Of a stretch of 64,000 nt of DNA, positions 50,756-60,135 are shown one piece after another (position 1 is the first letter of the stretch; every line of letters starts with the position of its first letter). Made by a program: the position numbers and the translations under genes. The DNA lies in sequence record SRR20825010_2939. One strand, written 5' to 3'. The notes beneath the pieces were generated by a model, which was not told where the DNA came from, did not search any database, and saw nothing but the letters and a program-made list of their open reading frames with translations.

Positions 50756-51072
50756 GTAGCCTGATGGTTTTGGGGGCGGGCTTGCGGGGTGGCATCTGTA
50801 TTTTTCTTGAAAAAGAACTCGCTTCGCTCGGACATCTTTTTCTGGCGAAAAATCCAGATACCACCCCGCGCCGAGCTGACCACGGAGGGTTCGCGAAGCG
50901 CGAAGAGAGAAAAAGCGACTGGAAAGGTTCTGGATATTCCTGAGCTGCACGTCGATAGGGGGGTGGGGGTATTTTTTCTGGTAAGGAAAAAGATGTCTGA
51001 GCAAAGCGAGTTCTTTTTCCAGAAGAAAAAATACCCCCACCCCCCGTATCCGCCCGCAAAACCTCAGGCTAC
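50756..51072. repeat. Inverted doublet of ~115-bp palindromic repeats (REP/REPIN-like, MITE-like)
   Basis: Both ends read GTAGCCTGA(T)GGTTTTG(G/C)GGGCGG inward. Each arm has a hairpin around GAAAAAGAACTCGCTT(C/T)GCTC(G/A)GACATCTTTTTC. Arms are about 50756-50870 and 50958-51072. Confidence 0.85.
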
Positions 51073-52097
51073 AAAAGAATGTGAGTAAGCCCCCCACAGT
51101 CCACCATCGGATCATCACAGTTTACGATGATATCCGCCCGGTTAAGCACGTAGCTCTTGCCGGTGATGGTATTCTCGACCACCTGATGTTCCCCTTCCTG
51201 GCGCACGCCAGTGAATTCACCGATAAACCCGGTTTCACGCAGGGAGACGGTCTCCAGTCGGTCGCCCGGGCTGATTTTGCCCTCGTAGTTCATTAACGCA
51301 AGCCGTGCTGAAGTACCCGTGCCGGTGGTGCTGCGGCAGATAACTCCGGGATGCACATAGGTGGCCGACCGTGAGCGATACGAATGATCCGACAATTGTT
51401 CAACCGGCCCCATGAAATGGAGAAAGGGTAAGGGTCCGACATCACCCAGCGTGTAGTGGGAGAAGCCGCGTTCTGCCTGGATGGCCTCTACTATCTGATA
51501 GGCGCATTCGCTGAGTTTGCGTTCTTCATCCAGGGTCAGGGAAAACCCAAGGCTCGTCGCGTCCACCAGGGCGTAGAAACCGCCGCTGTAGGCTACGCTG
51601 TAGGATACGTCACCGATCGAGGGCACGTGGATGCTGGCCTGGTAGGTGTCGATGTAACTGGGCAGCCCGCCGCAGGTAATGGCTTCCACAACTCCGTCCC
51701 GAACAAGGGCGTCGATGTGGACCAGGCCCGCAGGCGCTTCCAGCGCGAAGCTCTGCCACCCTTCCCGCTTGGCGACGATGCCACTCTCCAGAACGGCCGT
51801 GGCGGTACAGATGGTGTTGGAACCGGAGTAAATCGGATACCCCATCACTTCCATGATGATATAACCGGCGACCGCCTCGGGGTCCGTGGGAGGCACCAGC
51901 AGGTCCACGGACATTTCCGGGATGCCGTAGGGCTCTTCCAGTAGTAACGTGCGAAGGCCATCCGCCTTGTCCCGCAGGTATTCCATCTGGGCGCGCACGG
52001 TGTCCCCCGGAAGCGGGCAAATCCCGCCAGTCACGATCCGGCTTACATCCCCGCCGGCGTGGGTGTCCATCAGTTGCAGTTTGAGTTCGGGACGCAT
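51069..52097 (-). CDS. Proline racemase-superfamily protein (Ser/Thr active-site type)
   Basis: DTHAGGDVSRIVTGG, YSGSNTICTATA, YSGGFY, CRSTTGTGTSARLA, ITGKS. Confidence 0.88.
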   Translation of the reverse strand: MRPELKLQLMDTHAGGDVSRIVTGGICPLPGDTVRAQMEYLRDKADGLRTLLLEEPYGIPEMSVDLLVPPTDPEAVAGYIIMEVMGYPIYSGSNTICTATAVLESGIVAKREGWQSFALEAPAGLVHIDALVRDGVVEAITCGGLPSYIDTYQASIHVPSIGDVSYSVAYSGGFYALVDATSLGFSLTLDEERKLSECAYQIVEAIQAERGFSHYTLGDVGPLPFLHFMGPVEQLSDHSYRSRSATYVHPGVICRSTTGTGTSARLALMNYEGKISPGDRLETVSLRETGFIGEFTGVRQEGEHQVVENTITGKSYVLNRADIIVNCDDPMVDCGGLTHILL

Positions 52098-53245
52098 TAG
52101 GACTTCTCCAGGGCAAACGGGGCACCATGTTCGGCCCATTGGGCATCCGGGACGATTACGATTTTGCCCAGGTAGTTGCTGTTGCGGTTGACGAAGTAGC
52201 GTTCCGCTTCGTGCAACTCTGAAAGTCTGAAAGCTGCATGCAGCACCGGCTTCAGCTGACCGCTGCGAATCCAGGCCACCAATTGCTCCGCTTCTTCACG
52301 GGTGCCGTGTGACACGCCGAACACCTGCACCTGATACAGGTAAATCCGTGTCCACATGATTTCGCTGACGTTCCCGGCGCTGGCGCCCGCGATGCTGAGC
52401 CTTGGGTAATCATCGCGGCTGTTCATGTCGAAGATCATGGTGTCGATAAACTGGTCGGTCATCTCGCCGCCAGCCAGGTCCATCACGGCATCAATCGGTC
52501 GCCCCCCAGTGACGGACCGCACCTGATCCGTGAAGTTGTCCATGTCGGAACGGTCCAGCACGGCTTCGGCGCCAAGCTTGAGCAGAGGGTCGGCCTTATC
52601 ACGCTGGCTCAGCGCATAGGGAATCGCCCCCATGATGCGGCAAAGCTGGATAAGGGCGGTGCCAACGCCACCACTGGCACCGGTCACAAGGATGTGCTCG
52701 CCCGCTTTTACCCGTGCGGATGTGAGCATGTGCAAGGCGGTCTGATAGGAGCACATGCCCATAGCGGCAAGTTCGGCATCGGCCAGGCCGGCATTCTCGA
52801 CATGGTGAAACTGGTCGGAAGGCACAGCAATATATTCCGCGAACCCACCATCGGCGCCGTGGCCGTAGTAGTCCGGGGTCAGGTTGATATCCCGGCGCTC
52901 GTCCGCGTAGAGGTTAAAGTCCAGCAGGCCTCGTTGGCCGATCCGCGTATCCTCAACACCCTGCCCCACGGCGACGATACGCCCAACAACGTCCGCGCCT
53001 TGAACTCTTGGGAACGTCAGCGTGGCTGAGCCTCCCATCTGGAAGGAGGTTACGTCGCCTTTATCCTTGGTGGGGTAAAGACCCTCCCGGGCTTTGCGGT
53101 CGGTGTTGTTCTTGGCGGTGGCGGTGACCTGGACGAGCACCTCTCCCGCACCAGGGGTGGGGATGGGCACGTCTTCGGTGTATTCCAGTTTCTCGACGCC
53201 ACCGTGGCCGGTGAGCAGCATGGCTTTCATGGTCTTCTGGATCAT
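52097..53245 (-). CDS. MDR-family (zinc-binding dehydrogenase / quinone oxidoreductase-like) protein
   Basis: GroES-like N-terminus (PGAGEVLVQV, QGADVVG), DGGFAEY, ILVTGASGGVG, GKIVI. TAATG-coupled to the racemase-like gene. Confidence 0.9.
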   Translation of the reverse strand: MIQKTMKAMLLTGHGGVEKLEYTEDVPIPTPGAGEVLVQVTATAKNNTDRKAREGLYPTKDKGDVTSFQMGGSATLTFPRVQGADVVGRIVAVGQGVEDTRIGQRGLLDFNLYADERRDINLTPDYYGHGADGGFAEYIAVPSDQFHHVENAGLADAELAAMGMCSYQTALHMLTSARVKAGEHILVTGASGGVGTALIQLCRIMGAIPYALSQRDKADPLLKLGAEAVLDRSDMDNFTDQVRSVTGGRPIDAVMDLAGGEMTDQFIDTMIFDMNSRDDYPRLSIAGASAGNVSEIMWTRIYLYQVQVFGVSHGTREEAEQLVAWIRSGQLKPVLHAAFRLSELHEAERYFVNRNSNYLGKIVIVPDAQWAEHGAPFALEKS

Positions 53246-53325
53246 GGGCGTTCTGCTCCTGCTTTGCTGGATATCAGGTCAGGATAGGCCAGATTCCCAG
53301 CAGTGTCAGGGCCCCCTGGCCGCTT

Positions 53326-54399
53326 TTACCGGGCAATAACCTTGTAAATCGGCCGCAGTTTCGGGATTTGTTTGAGGACCACCTGAATGATGGTCATCAG
53401 GGGGACCGCCAGCAACACGCCAACCGGGCCCCACAACCAGCCCCAGAAGAAGATGGACACGAAGATGACGACGGGATTGATCGCCATGCGGAAACCGTGG
53501 ATCCAGGGCTCTATGAAAAACCCGACGGTAGAGGTAAGAGCCAAATAGCCGAGCGGGGCGATGGCCATTATCCAGAGTGTGTCGAGGCTGGTGGCAGACA
53601 CAACCGCAAGCAGGATGATGGTCAGGATAACGCCCAGATAAGGGATGAATCTGGCCAAGCCGGCAACGAGCCCCCAAACGGCTGGGTCCGGAAGCCCCAC
53701 TGCCCAGCAGATGAGCCCGGTGGTGATGCCAACCAGCAGGTTGCTGAGGCTGAGTACCGCCAGATACTGGGCGATCTGTTGCTGGGAATCGCGGGCAATC
53801 TGGAGCACGTTGCGGCGCTGTCGCTTCGGGAGTTGTCGCACAAAGTTGAGGATGATGCGGTCACCACCCACGAGCAGGAAATAGGTCAGGGCCAGCGCAA
53901 GTGCGAGGCCGGCCGCACCGTTACGGGCCTTGTTCAGTAGCTGGTTTCGCCAAGAGTCAGTTTTCAGGACGACAGTGTTGGTTGTGGTCTTCTCGTCTTT
54001 GGATAGTTCGTCCATCGACTCTTCCACTTTCTTTGCCGATTCGTTGACCTTATCAATCTGGCTTTTTATGCCGCTCTCACCCATGAGCAGTCGAGAGATC
54101 CCCTGTGGCGCCTGCTGTGCCCACTCCAGGGCAGGCGTTGCGACGGTCGCCCCAACACCCGCCAGACCAGCGATCACCACGATGATCAACACCAATGAGC
54201 TGAGCACCCTTGGGATCCCGGCTTTGTCATAGGCTTTTTTGACAAGGGGAAACAACAGCAGGCTGGTCAGGACCGCGAGGACAATTGGCAGGACAATCTG
54301 GTGGGCGACGTAGAGGGTATAGAGTATCCCGAGCGCAAAGATGCCATTCAGTGGTGTCGCGAGATCTGAGCGTGCGGGTTGTTCGTTATCGTTGTTCAT
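53326..54399 (-). CDS. AI-2E family transporter
   Basis: RFIPYLG, FIEPWIHG, INPVVIF...WGWLWGPVGVLLAVPL. Confidence 0.92.
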   Translation of the reverse strand: MNNDNEQPARSDLATPLNGIFALGILYTLYVAHQIVLPIVLAVLTSLLLFPLVKKAYDKAGIPRVLSSLVLIIVVIAGLAGVGATVATPALEWAQQAPQGISRLLMGESGIKSQIDKVNESAKKVEESMDELSKDEKTTTNTVVLKTDSWRNQLLNKARNGAAGLALALALTYFLLVGGDRIILNFVRQLPKRQRRNVLQIARDSQQQIAQYLAVLSLSNLLVGITTGLICWAVGLPDPAVWGLVAGLARFIPYLGVILTIILLAVVSATSLDTLWIMAIAPLGYLALTSTVGFFIEPWIHGFRMAINPVVIFVSIFFWGWLWGPVGVLLAVPLMTIIQVVLKQIPKLRPIYKVIAR

Positions 54400-54587
54400 G
54401 CGGGTCCATGCACCTTGTCGGGCTGTATTGGGGGTATGATAACTGATGCACCACGAGGCTCAGTGTACCTGTCGCTCGGCTGTCATTCAGCCCTTTTGGG
54501 CCAACGCTCGGTCATTGCCACCACGTCACTTTTGTTGTAACACATAACCGGATACCCTGATGAAAACCGTCTCTGAAGAGTTCATAC

Positions 54588-55016
54588 ATGGCGAACTACA
54601 AGATTGAAATTGACGAAACCTTTGATGTGCCGCGCAACCGTGTGTTTGCACTGTTTGCGGATCATGAGCGCTTCGGGAAGCTGTTGGGAGCACCAGTGAA
54701 GCGCATTCGCGACAGCGACCAGGCCGACCCCAACGGCCTTGGGTCCATCCGCAAGATCGGCATCGGCCCCATCGGCCTTGAAGAGACCGTCATTACCTTC
54801 GAGCCGGGGTTGCTTATTGAGTACACCATTTCCAGCATGAGCCCCATCCGCAACCATATCGGTCGCATCCGCTTCGACGATGCCGCCAATGGCAGGACTC
54901 GCGTCCAGTACACCATTTCCTTTGACGACATCGTGCCGTTCACCGGCAAACTGGTCAGCTCCGCTCTTGATCAGGGGATCCGTAAGGGCATCCGCAGGGT
55001 GCCCAAGTTGGCGTAA
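54588..55016 (+). CDS. SRPBCC (polyketide cyclase/START-like) protein
   Basis: VFALFADHE, GLGSIR, EETVITFEPG..IEY, C-terminal helix. Confidence 0.85.
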   Translation: MANYKIEIDETFDVPRNRVFALFADHERFGKLLGAPVKRIRDSDQADPNGLGSIRKIGIGPIGLEETVITFEPGLLIEYTISSMSPIRNHIGRIRFDDAANGRTRVQYTISFDDIVPFTGKLVSSALDQGIRKGIRRVPKLA

Positions 55017-55068
55017 GCAACTGAAGAACTCGTTGCTGGGCGGGGGTATTGTGGCAGGTTGATAATGA

Positions 55069-55491
55069 TCAATCTTCGGTTGCGGCACGCTCCCGCCAGT
55101 GGCGGGCCAGTTGCGGATCTGCCCTGGTACCAATGCCCGCTTCATAGGCCTTTGCCACTTCGGACATGCTCAGCTTGTCGCCAGCCTCCGCTGCCCTCAG
55201 ATACCACTCGAAAGCCTTCGAATCGCTCTGTGCCGTGCCTTGCCCGGCTGCGTGCATATTGCCCAGGTTATACATACCCTGCCGACTCCCCGCTTCGGCA
55301 AGCGCCTGGTAACGTTCGAACGCCAGATCGTACTGGCCCATCTTGTAGACGGCATAGGCCTCCAGGACCTGGATCATCTCCCGAGCCACGCCCATCTGCT
55401 GATCCGGCTCGGCACTGTTTGCCACTGTCGGAGCTCCGGTGAACAGCAGCAAACTCACGGCTGCAATGAGCGATGTTCGAACGGACCTCAT
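55069..55491 (-). CDS. Secreted Sel1-repeat protein
   Basis: Signal peptide (MRSVRTSLIAA...VANSA), repeats MYNLGNMHAAGQG...AFEWYLRAAEAGD and AYEAGIG...ARHWRERAA. Confidence 0.85.
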   Translation of the reverse strand: MRSVRTSLIAAVSLLLFTGAPTVANSAEPDQQMGVAREMIQVLEAYAVYKMGQYDLAFERYQALAEAGSRQGMYNLGNMHAAGQGTAQSDSKAFEWYLRAAEAGDKLSMSEVAKAYEAGIGTRADPQLARHWRERAATED

Positions 55492-55691
55492 GGCAATCTC
55501 CGCGTTCGGTGATAATGGCGATGTTCCGACCGTAACACGAACACATTCTGCGGTACCTGACCGGAAAGTTCTGAAACCCTGGCACTTTGGTACCATGGAA
55601 GAGCCGTCGACAACCTCGATAAATAAGGCTGTCACCGGCCTGTGTAGTCGAGTAAAATCCGCACTTTTGAAAATGAAATTGAGGCAGCGTA

Positions 55692-56414
55692 ATGGGCAGA
55701 GCCTATCAAAACCGCAAAGACTCCATGGCCAAAACGGCCGCCGCCAAAACCAAGGTCTACAGTAAGTACGGCCGCGAAATCTATGTGTGCGCCAAGTCCG
55801 GCGGCCCGGACCCGGATGCAAACCTCAGCCTGCGTGGCCTGATCGACCGTGCCAAGAAAGATCAGGTGCCCGCGCACGTCATTGAGAAGGCCATCGAGAA
55901 AGCCCGGGGTGGCGCTGGTGAGGATTTCTCCCCTGCTCGCTATGAAGGATTCGGCCCCGGCAACTGCATGGCCATCGTGGATTGCCTGACCGACAACCCC
56001 AACCGTACCTTCGGCGACGTACGCCTGGCGTTTACCAAGACCAAGTGCAAGATCGGCACCCAGGGCAGCGTCAGCCATATGTTCGATCACTGCGCCATTC
56101 TCGGCTTCAAGGGCGACGACGAGGAAGCGGCTCTGGAAGCACTGATGATGGCGGATGTGGATGTCACTGACATTGAGCACGAAGAGGGTATGATTACTGT
56201 GTTCGCGCCCCACACCGAATACGCCAAGGCGCGACAGGCACTGCAGGAAGCGTTTGAAGGCCTGGAGTTTGACGTAGACGAGATCCAGTTCCTGCCCCAG
56301 ACCACCACCACTGTCGAAGGCGACGACATTGAGCTGTTCGAGAAGTTTATGGACATGCTGAACGACCTCGATGACGTCCAGAATGTTTACCACAACGCAG
56401 TCATCGCAGACTGA
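55692..56414 (+). CDS. YebC/PmpR-family protein (YeeN-like clade)
   Basis: [36 protein letters not shown]. Confidence 0.93.
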   Translation: MGRAYQNRKDSMAKTAAAKTKVYSKYGREIYVCAKSGGPDPDANLSLRGLIDRAKKDQVPAHVIEKAIEKARGGAGEDFSPARYEGFGPGNCMAIVDCLTDNPNRTFGDVRLAFTKTKCKIGTQGSVSHMFDHCAILGFKGDDEEAALEALMMADVDVTDIEHEEGMITVFAPHTEYAKARQALQEAFEGLEFDVDEIQFLPQTTTTVEGDDIELFEKFMDMLNDLDDVQNVYHNAVIAD

Positions 56415-56427
56415 CGGGAGCAACACC

Positions 56428-57156
56428 TTGGCCAGGGTCGTCATACTCAAAACAGGTAATACCTACCCGTCCCTTCTGGAGTCGTTCGGGGATTTCGATA
56501 ACTGGTTTTTGGCCGGGCTGGATCCGGAGCTCGACCTTCACGTAGTCGATGTTACGGTTGACGACCTACCGGGCAAACCCGGGAATTGGGACGGGATCGT
56601 GGTGACGGGATCACCGGCCATGGTCAGCGACCGGGCGCCCTGGAGTGAGGGCACTGCCGCGTGGCTAGCTGAGGCAGTGACGGAAGAGGTGCCAGTTCTG
56701 GGGGTCTGCTATGGCCATCAGCTGCTGGCCCACGCTCTGGGTGGTGAAGCAGGTTATCATCCACAAGGCCGGGAAACCGGCACCCATCAGGTAGAGTTGC
56801 TGGACGCTGCGATGGATGACCCTCTGTTTAAGGGGTTGCCCCAAACATTTCCGGCGCAATTGACGCATCGGCAATCCGTACTCAGGTTGCCGGAGAATGC
56901 CGTTCTCCTGGGCCGAAACGAGTTCGAACCGCACCAGGCCTTTCGTGTGGGCCGCTGCGCCTGGGGTATCCAGTTCCACCCGGAATTCTCAGCAGAGGTG
57001 ATGCGGGCCTACCTCAAGGTGCAGGCACCCGATCTGGAAAAGGAAGGGCTCGATGCCAAGGCTCTGATTGAGAATGTGATCGACGCGCCCAACGCCACGT
57101 CCCTGCTCGGTCGGTTCTCCCGACTCGTGCTCAACGGCCTGCCAGTGGACCACTAA
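56428..57156 (+). CDS. Class I glutamine amidotransferase-like protein
   Basis: VTGS, GVCYGHQ (Cys), QFHPE (His-Glu). TTG start with RBS GGGAG. Confidence 0.9.
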   Translation: MARVVILKTGNTYPSLLESFGDFDNWFLAGLDPELDLHVVDVTVDDLPGKPGNWDGIVVTGSPAMVSDRAPWSEGTAAWLAEAVTEEVPVLGVCYGHQLLAHALGGEAGYHPQGRETGTHQVELLDAAMDDPLFKGLPQTFPAQLTHRQSVLRLPENAVLLGRNEFEPHQAFRVGRCAWGIQFHPEFSAEVMRAYLKVQAPDLEKEGLDAKALIENVIDAPNATSLLGRFSRLVLNGLPVDH

Positions 57157-57503
57157 TCCAGTATGTAGGCGGTTTTCTCCAGCGCATTTTCCTCTTCGTC
57201 AATGAAGCGGAATTCGTTCCAGCCAATGCGAACCAGGTCGTTACTGTTCAGGCGCTGGCGTCGGTCAATCCGCAGTTCATTCACAAACGTTCCGTTGGTG
57301 CTGTTCTGGTCGGTGATGTAATAGTCCACCGTACCTTCCAGATAGGCATTGGGCACCGCCTCGATCAACGCATGATGGCCACTGACCGAAATTTCGTCGA
57401 TGCGGATATCGTTGTCGCCACGCCTGCCGACATGAATCTCCGGCTGCTCCAGCTCAAAAGTGGTCACCACAACGTTGTCCACCAGTTGGGAAAGTGACGC
57501 CAT
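57153..57503 (-). CDS. Stand-alone FHA-domain protein
   Basis: VGR, VSGHHA, STNGTFVN. RBS GGAGG. Confidence 0.92.
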   Translation of the reverse strand: MASLSQLVDNVVVTTFELEQPEIHVGRRGDNDIRIDEISVSGHHALIEAVPNAYLEGTVDYYITDQNSTNGTFVNELRIDRRQRLNSNDLVRIGWNEFRFIDEEENALEKTAYILD

Positions 57504-57517
57504 ACAGGCCTCCTCCA

Positions 57518-58264
57518 TTAATTAAGAATCAACAGTACAACGGACACGTTGTCGGCCGCCTCGTTATCCAGGCTCGCATCCACCAGCGCCCGGACCTTAT
57601 CGCCGGGTGTTTCGCACACAGACATCAGCGACAGCCATTGGTCCTCCGGCAAAGCACCCGTGAGGCCATCGGAACAGAGCAGCAGGGAATCTCCTGCCGC
57701 CATTCCCACGCGGCGAAAGCTGGCAATGGCCGAGGAGGCGCCAAGCGCGCGCGTCAGCACATTACGAAAAGGCACATGGGGCACGTCATCAGGGCGGATG
57801 CTGCCATCATCCAGCATGTTCTGTACCACGGTGTCATCCCGGGTCTGGCATGCCAGTTCGCGCCCTTGAACGAGATAGCAGCGGGAATCCCCCAGGTGGG
57901 CAATGTGAGCCTCACCGTCAATCACCCAGGCCATGACCAGCGTGGTCCCCATTTTGGCCAGGTCCGCATCGGCAGCCCTTCGATCAGCAATTCGCTCACT
58001 GGCCAGGTTGATCGCAAACTGTATGGCATCGTCCGGCTCCTCCGGCACCCCCTCATCCGGCGACAACCAGGGCACCAGCACTTCCATCACCGTGTCTACG
58101 GCAATGCGGCTGGCCACTTCTCCGCCGTGGTAACCGCCCATGCCATCGGCAACCACCAGCAGCACCTGCCGGTTATCCTCGCTGACCCGCCAGTCAATAG
58201 CGTCCTGGTTGGCTGTACGCAACGCGCCTACATCCGTTATGCCAGCCACCTGGGGATTCATCAC
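57518..58264 (-). CDS. PP2C-family Ser/Thr phosphatase
   Basis: DVG..R..NQD, VADGMGG, HLGDSRCY, LCSDGL, DNVSV. Confidence 0.94.
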   Translation of the reverse strand: MMNPQVAGITDVGALRTANQDAIDWRVSEDNRQVLLVVADGMGGYHGGEVASRIAVDTVMEVLVPWLSPDEGVPEEPDDAIQFAINLASERIADRRAADADLAKMGTTLVMAWVIDGEAHIAHLGDSRCYLVQGRELACQTRDDTVVQNMLDDGSIRPDDVPHVPFRNVLTRALGASSAIASFRRVGMAAGDSLLLCSDGLTGALPEDQWLSLMSVCETPGDKVRALVDASLDNEAADNVSVVLLILN

Positions 58265-59952
58265 GATGCTTCCTCCCTTGCCTCACGGCTCGCCTGTCTT
58301 CGCAACGCTTCCGCCATGGTGGCGGCACTCAGGAAGCGCTTGTCAGGCTCCCGTTGTATGGCTTTATTAATCAGACGGACAACACCGTTGGGGAGTTCCG
58401 GGTTGAACTCGCGGACACTCCGTGGGCGCTTGTTCAGAATCTGGTAGGTCAGGTTGGCCAGGGTATCACCCTGATAGGGTGTTTCCCCGCACACCAGTTT
58501 GTACAGCGTGATTCCCAGGCTGTAGGTATCGGTGGCGCCAGTCACTTTCTGGCCCTTGAGCTGCTCAGGGGACATATACAGTGGGCTGCCCATGACACTG
58601 CCGGTGCGAGTCCGGGAGTCGTCGGAGATCTTGGCTATGCCAAAATCGGTAATCTTGATCTCACCGTTGTCCGGGTTGAAGATGATGTTACCCGGTTTGA
58701 TATCGCGATGGATGATCTTCTGGCGATGCGCGTAATCGAGGGCATCCGCCACCCGGGCGACGATATCCAGCACCTTCGCCAACGGCAGTAACCGCCCCGG
58801 CTTGCCAAATTCACTAAGCGGCCTGCCCTTGGCATAATCCATGGCGATAAACGCAAGGTCGGCCTCTTCCCCGACATCATACACAGTGACAATTGCCGGA
58901 TGGCTGAGGCGGCCCGCCGCCTCGGCTTCCCGAAAGAAGCGTGATTTCAGGTCCCGCAGTTCGTTGTCCTCAAACGCCTGGTAACTGAGCGTCTTGATGG
59001 CCACGGTACGGGCAATCTTGGGGTCCTTGCCGAGATAGACCACGCCCATGGCGCCCCGCCCTATCTCGCGCTCGATCTCGTAGCGGCCCAGGGTGGGCCG
59101 GCTGACACTTTGCTCAGGCATGACCAGGGTTCGGGTATTGTCAAAGCCACCGGGAGAAACAACGGTTGCCTCGGTGGTCAGGCTCCCGAGTGCCGCCAGG
59201 CGTTTTTCCACGTCCCGATACTTTCGCTTCTGCTGAAGAATCTGCTGGTAGGTGGCTGACGCGCGGTCATACTGCCGCTTGCGCTCCTGCTGAATGGCGA
59301 TGTCGTATTGCAATGCCAAGGTATCTTCGGTGGGCGGGCATTCAGCCAGCACCTCCAGCGCCTCTTCGGGCTGTCCCTGTTGCAGCAGCAGACGACCAAG
59401 CCGCGTGCGGGCTACGCGGACATTCTCCGACAAGGCGACGATATCCCGCCTCGGTTGCAGCCAGAACAGCATGATGACATAGCCGACCATCAGCAGGGTC
59501 ACCACTTCACCCAATGGCAGCCAGGCGCTCTGATAGAACATGAACGCTGCTTGCAGAACCACCAGTGCCCCGGCAATCAGTAACAGCACCGGCAGCGCGA
59601 CCGCTCCACCCATTCTGGGAACTGCAAGTACCAGGATGAGTGTCGACACCATCAACCCGGCACGAATCGCCAGCGCCGACCACTCTGGCTCGACGAGCCC
59701 CCGGGCCTGCAGCGCTATTGCGAAGGCGTCCGGTGTCATATCCACAACCCGAACAGCATCCCCAATACCCTCAGGGTTGCCAAGAGCGCTGAACAGCACC
59801 CGATCCAACCAGCCCAGCAGTGGCAGCGCGTCACCCACAAACACACAAGCCAACGCCAGCACAACAATGAGCAGGCGCAGACTGAACAGACGGGAACCAA
59901 TAAAAGCCAGTGAATTCACAGGAATCGTTATCGTAAATGATTGATCCAGCAA
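58261..59952 (-). CDS. Membrane-anchored Hanks-type Ser/Thr kinase (TMs + TPR-like + kinase)
   Basis: GRGAMGVV, VAIK, HRDIKPGN, DFG, GSPLYMSPE, about 4 N-terminal TM segments. Start uncertain (TTG 59952 or GTG ~59919). Confidence 0.93.
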   Translation of the reverse strand: MLDQSFTITIPVNSLAFIGSRLFSLRLLIVVLALACVFVGDALPLLGWLDRVLFSALGNPEGIGDAVRVVDMTPDAFAIALQARGLVEPEWSALAIRAGLMVSTLILVLAVPRMGGAVALPVLLLIAGALVVLQAAFMFYQSAWLPLGEVVTLLMVGYVIMLFWLQPRRDIVALSENVRVARTRLGRLLLQQGQPEEALEVLAECPPTEDTLALQYDIAIQQERKRQYDRASATYQQILQQKRKYRDVEKRLAALGSLTTEATVVSPGGFDNTRTLVMPEQSVSRPTLGRYEIEREIGRGAMGVVYLGKDPKIARTVAIKTLSYQAFEDNELRDLKSRFFREAEAAGRLSHPAIVTVYDVGEEADLAFIAMDYAKGRPLSEFGKPGRLLPLAKVLDIVARVADALDYAHRQKIIHRDIKPGNIIFNPDNGEIKITDFGIAKISDDSRTRTGSVMGSPLYMSPEQLKGQKVTGATDTYSLGITLYKLVCGETPYQGDTLANLTYQILNKRPRSVREFNPELPNGVVRLINKAIQREPDKRFLSAATMAEALRRQASREAREEAS

Positions 59953-60135
59953 GTTTAGAAAGTGAACGCCGGCAGCGATAGTTCCAGAAGAACGTTTTTT
60001 GTAAGTGTTTGTTTACCTGGGACCACGATCACGTCGCGACCATTATTAACCCAGGATGACAAGGGTGTAAGGACGGCACAGGTTCCGGTGCAGTATAGTT
60101 TCGTCTTTGGACCTTTTCCGTCAGGAAGTACGACG

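Noticed and set aside
50756..51072. CRISPR array or IS element
   Set aside because: There are only two inverted units, no direct repeat-spacer periodicity, and no cas or transposase gene.
50473..51118. Several 99-169 aa ORFs spanning the ilvM-racemase gap
   Set aside because: They are low-complexity translations of the inverted repeat element. None resembles a transposase.
55492..55821. 110-aa N-terminal extension of the Sel1 protein
   Set aside because: It overlaps the divergent YebC gene. The signal peptide and RBS GGAG support ATG 55491.
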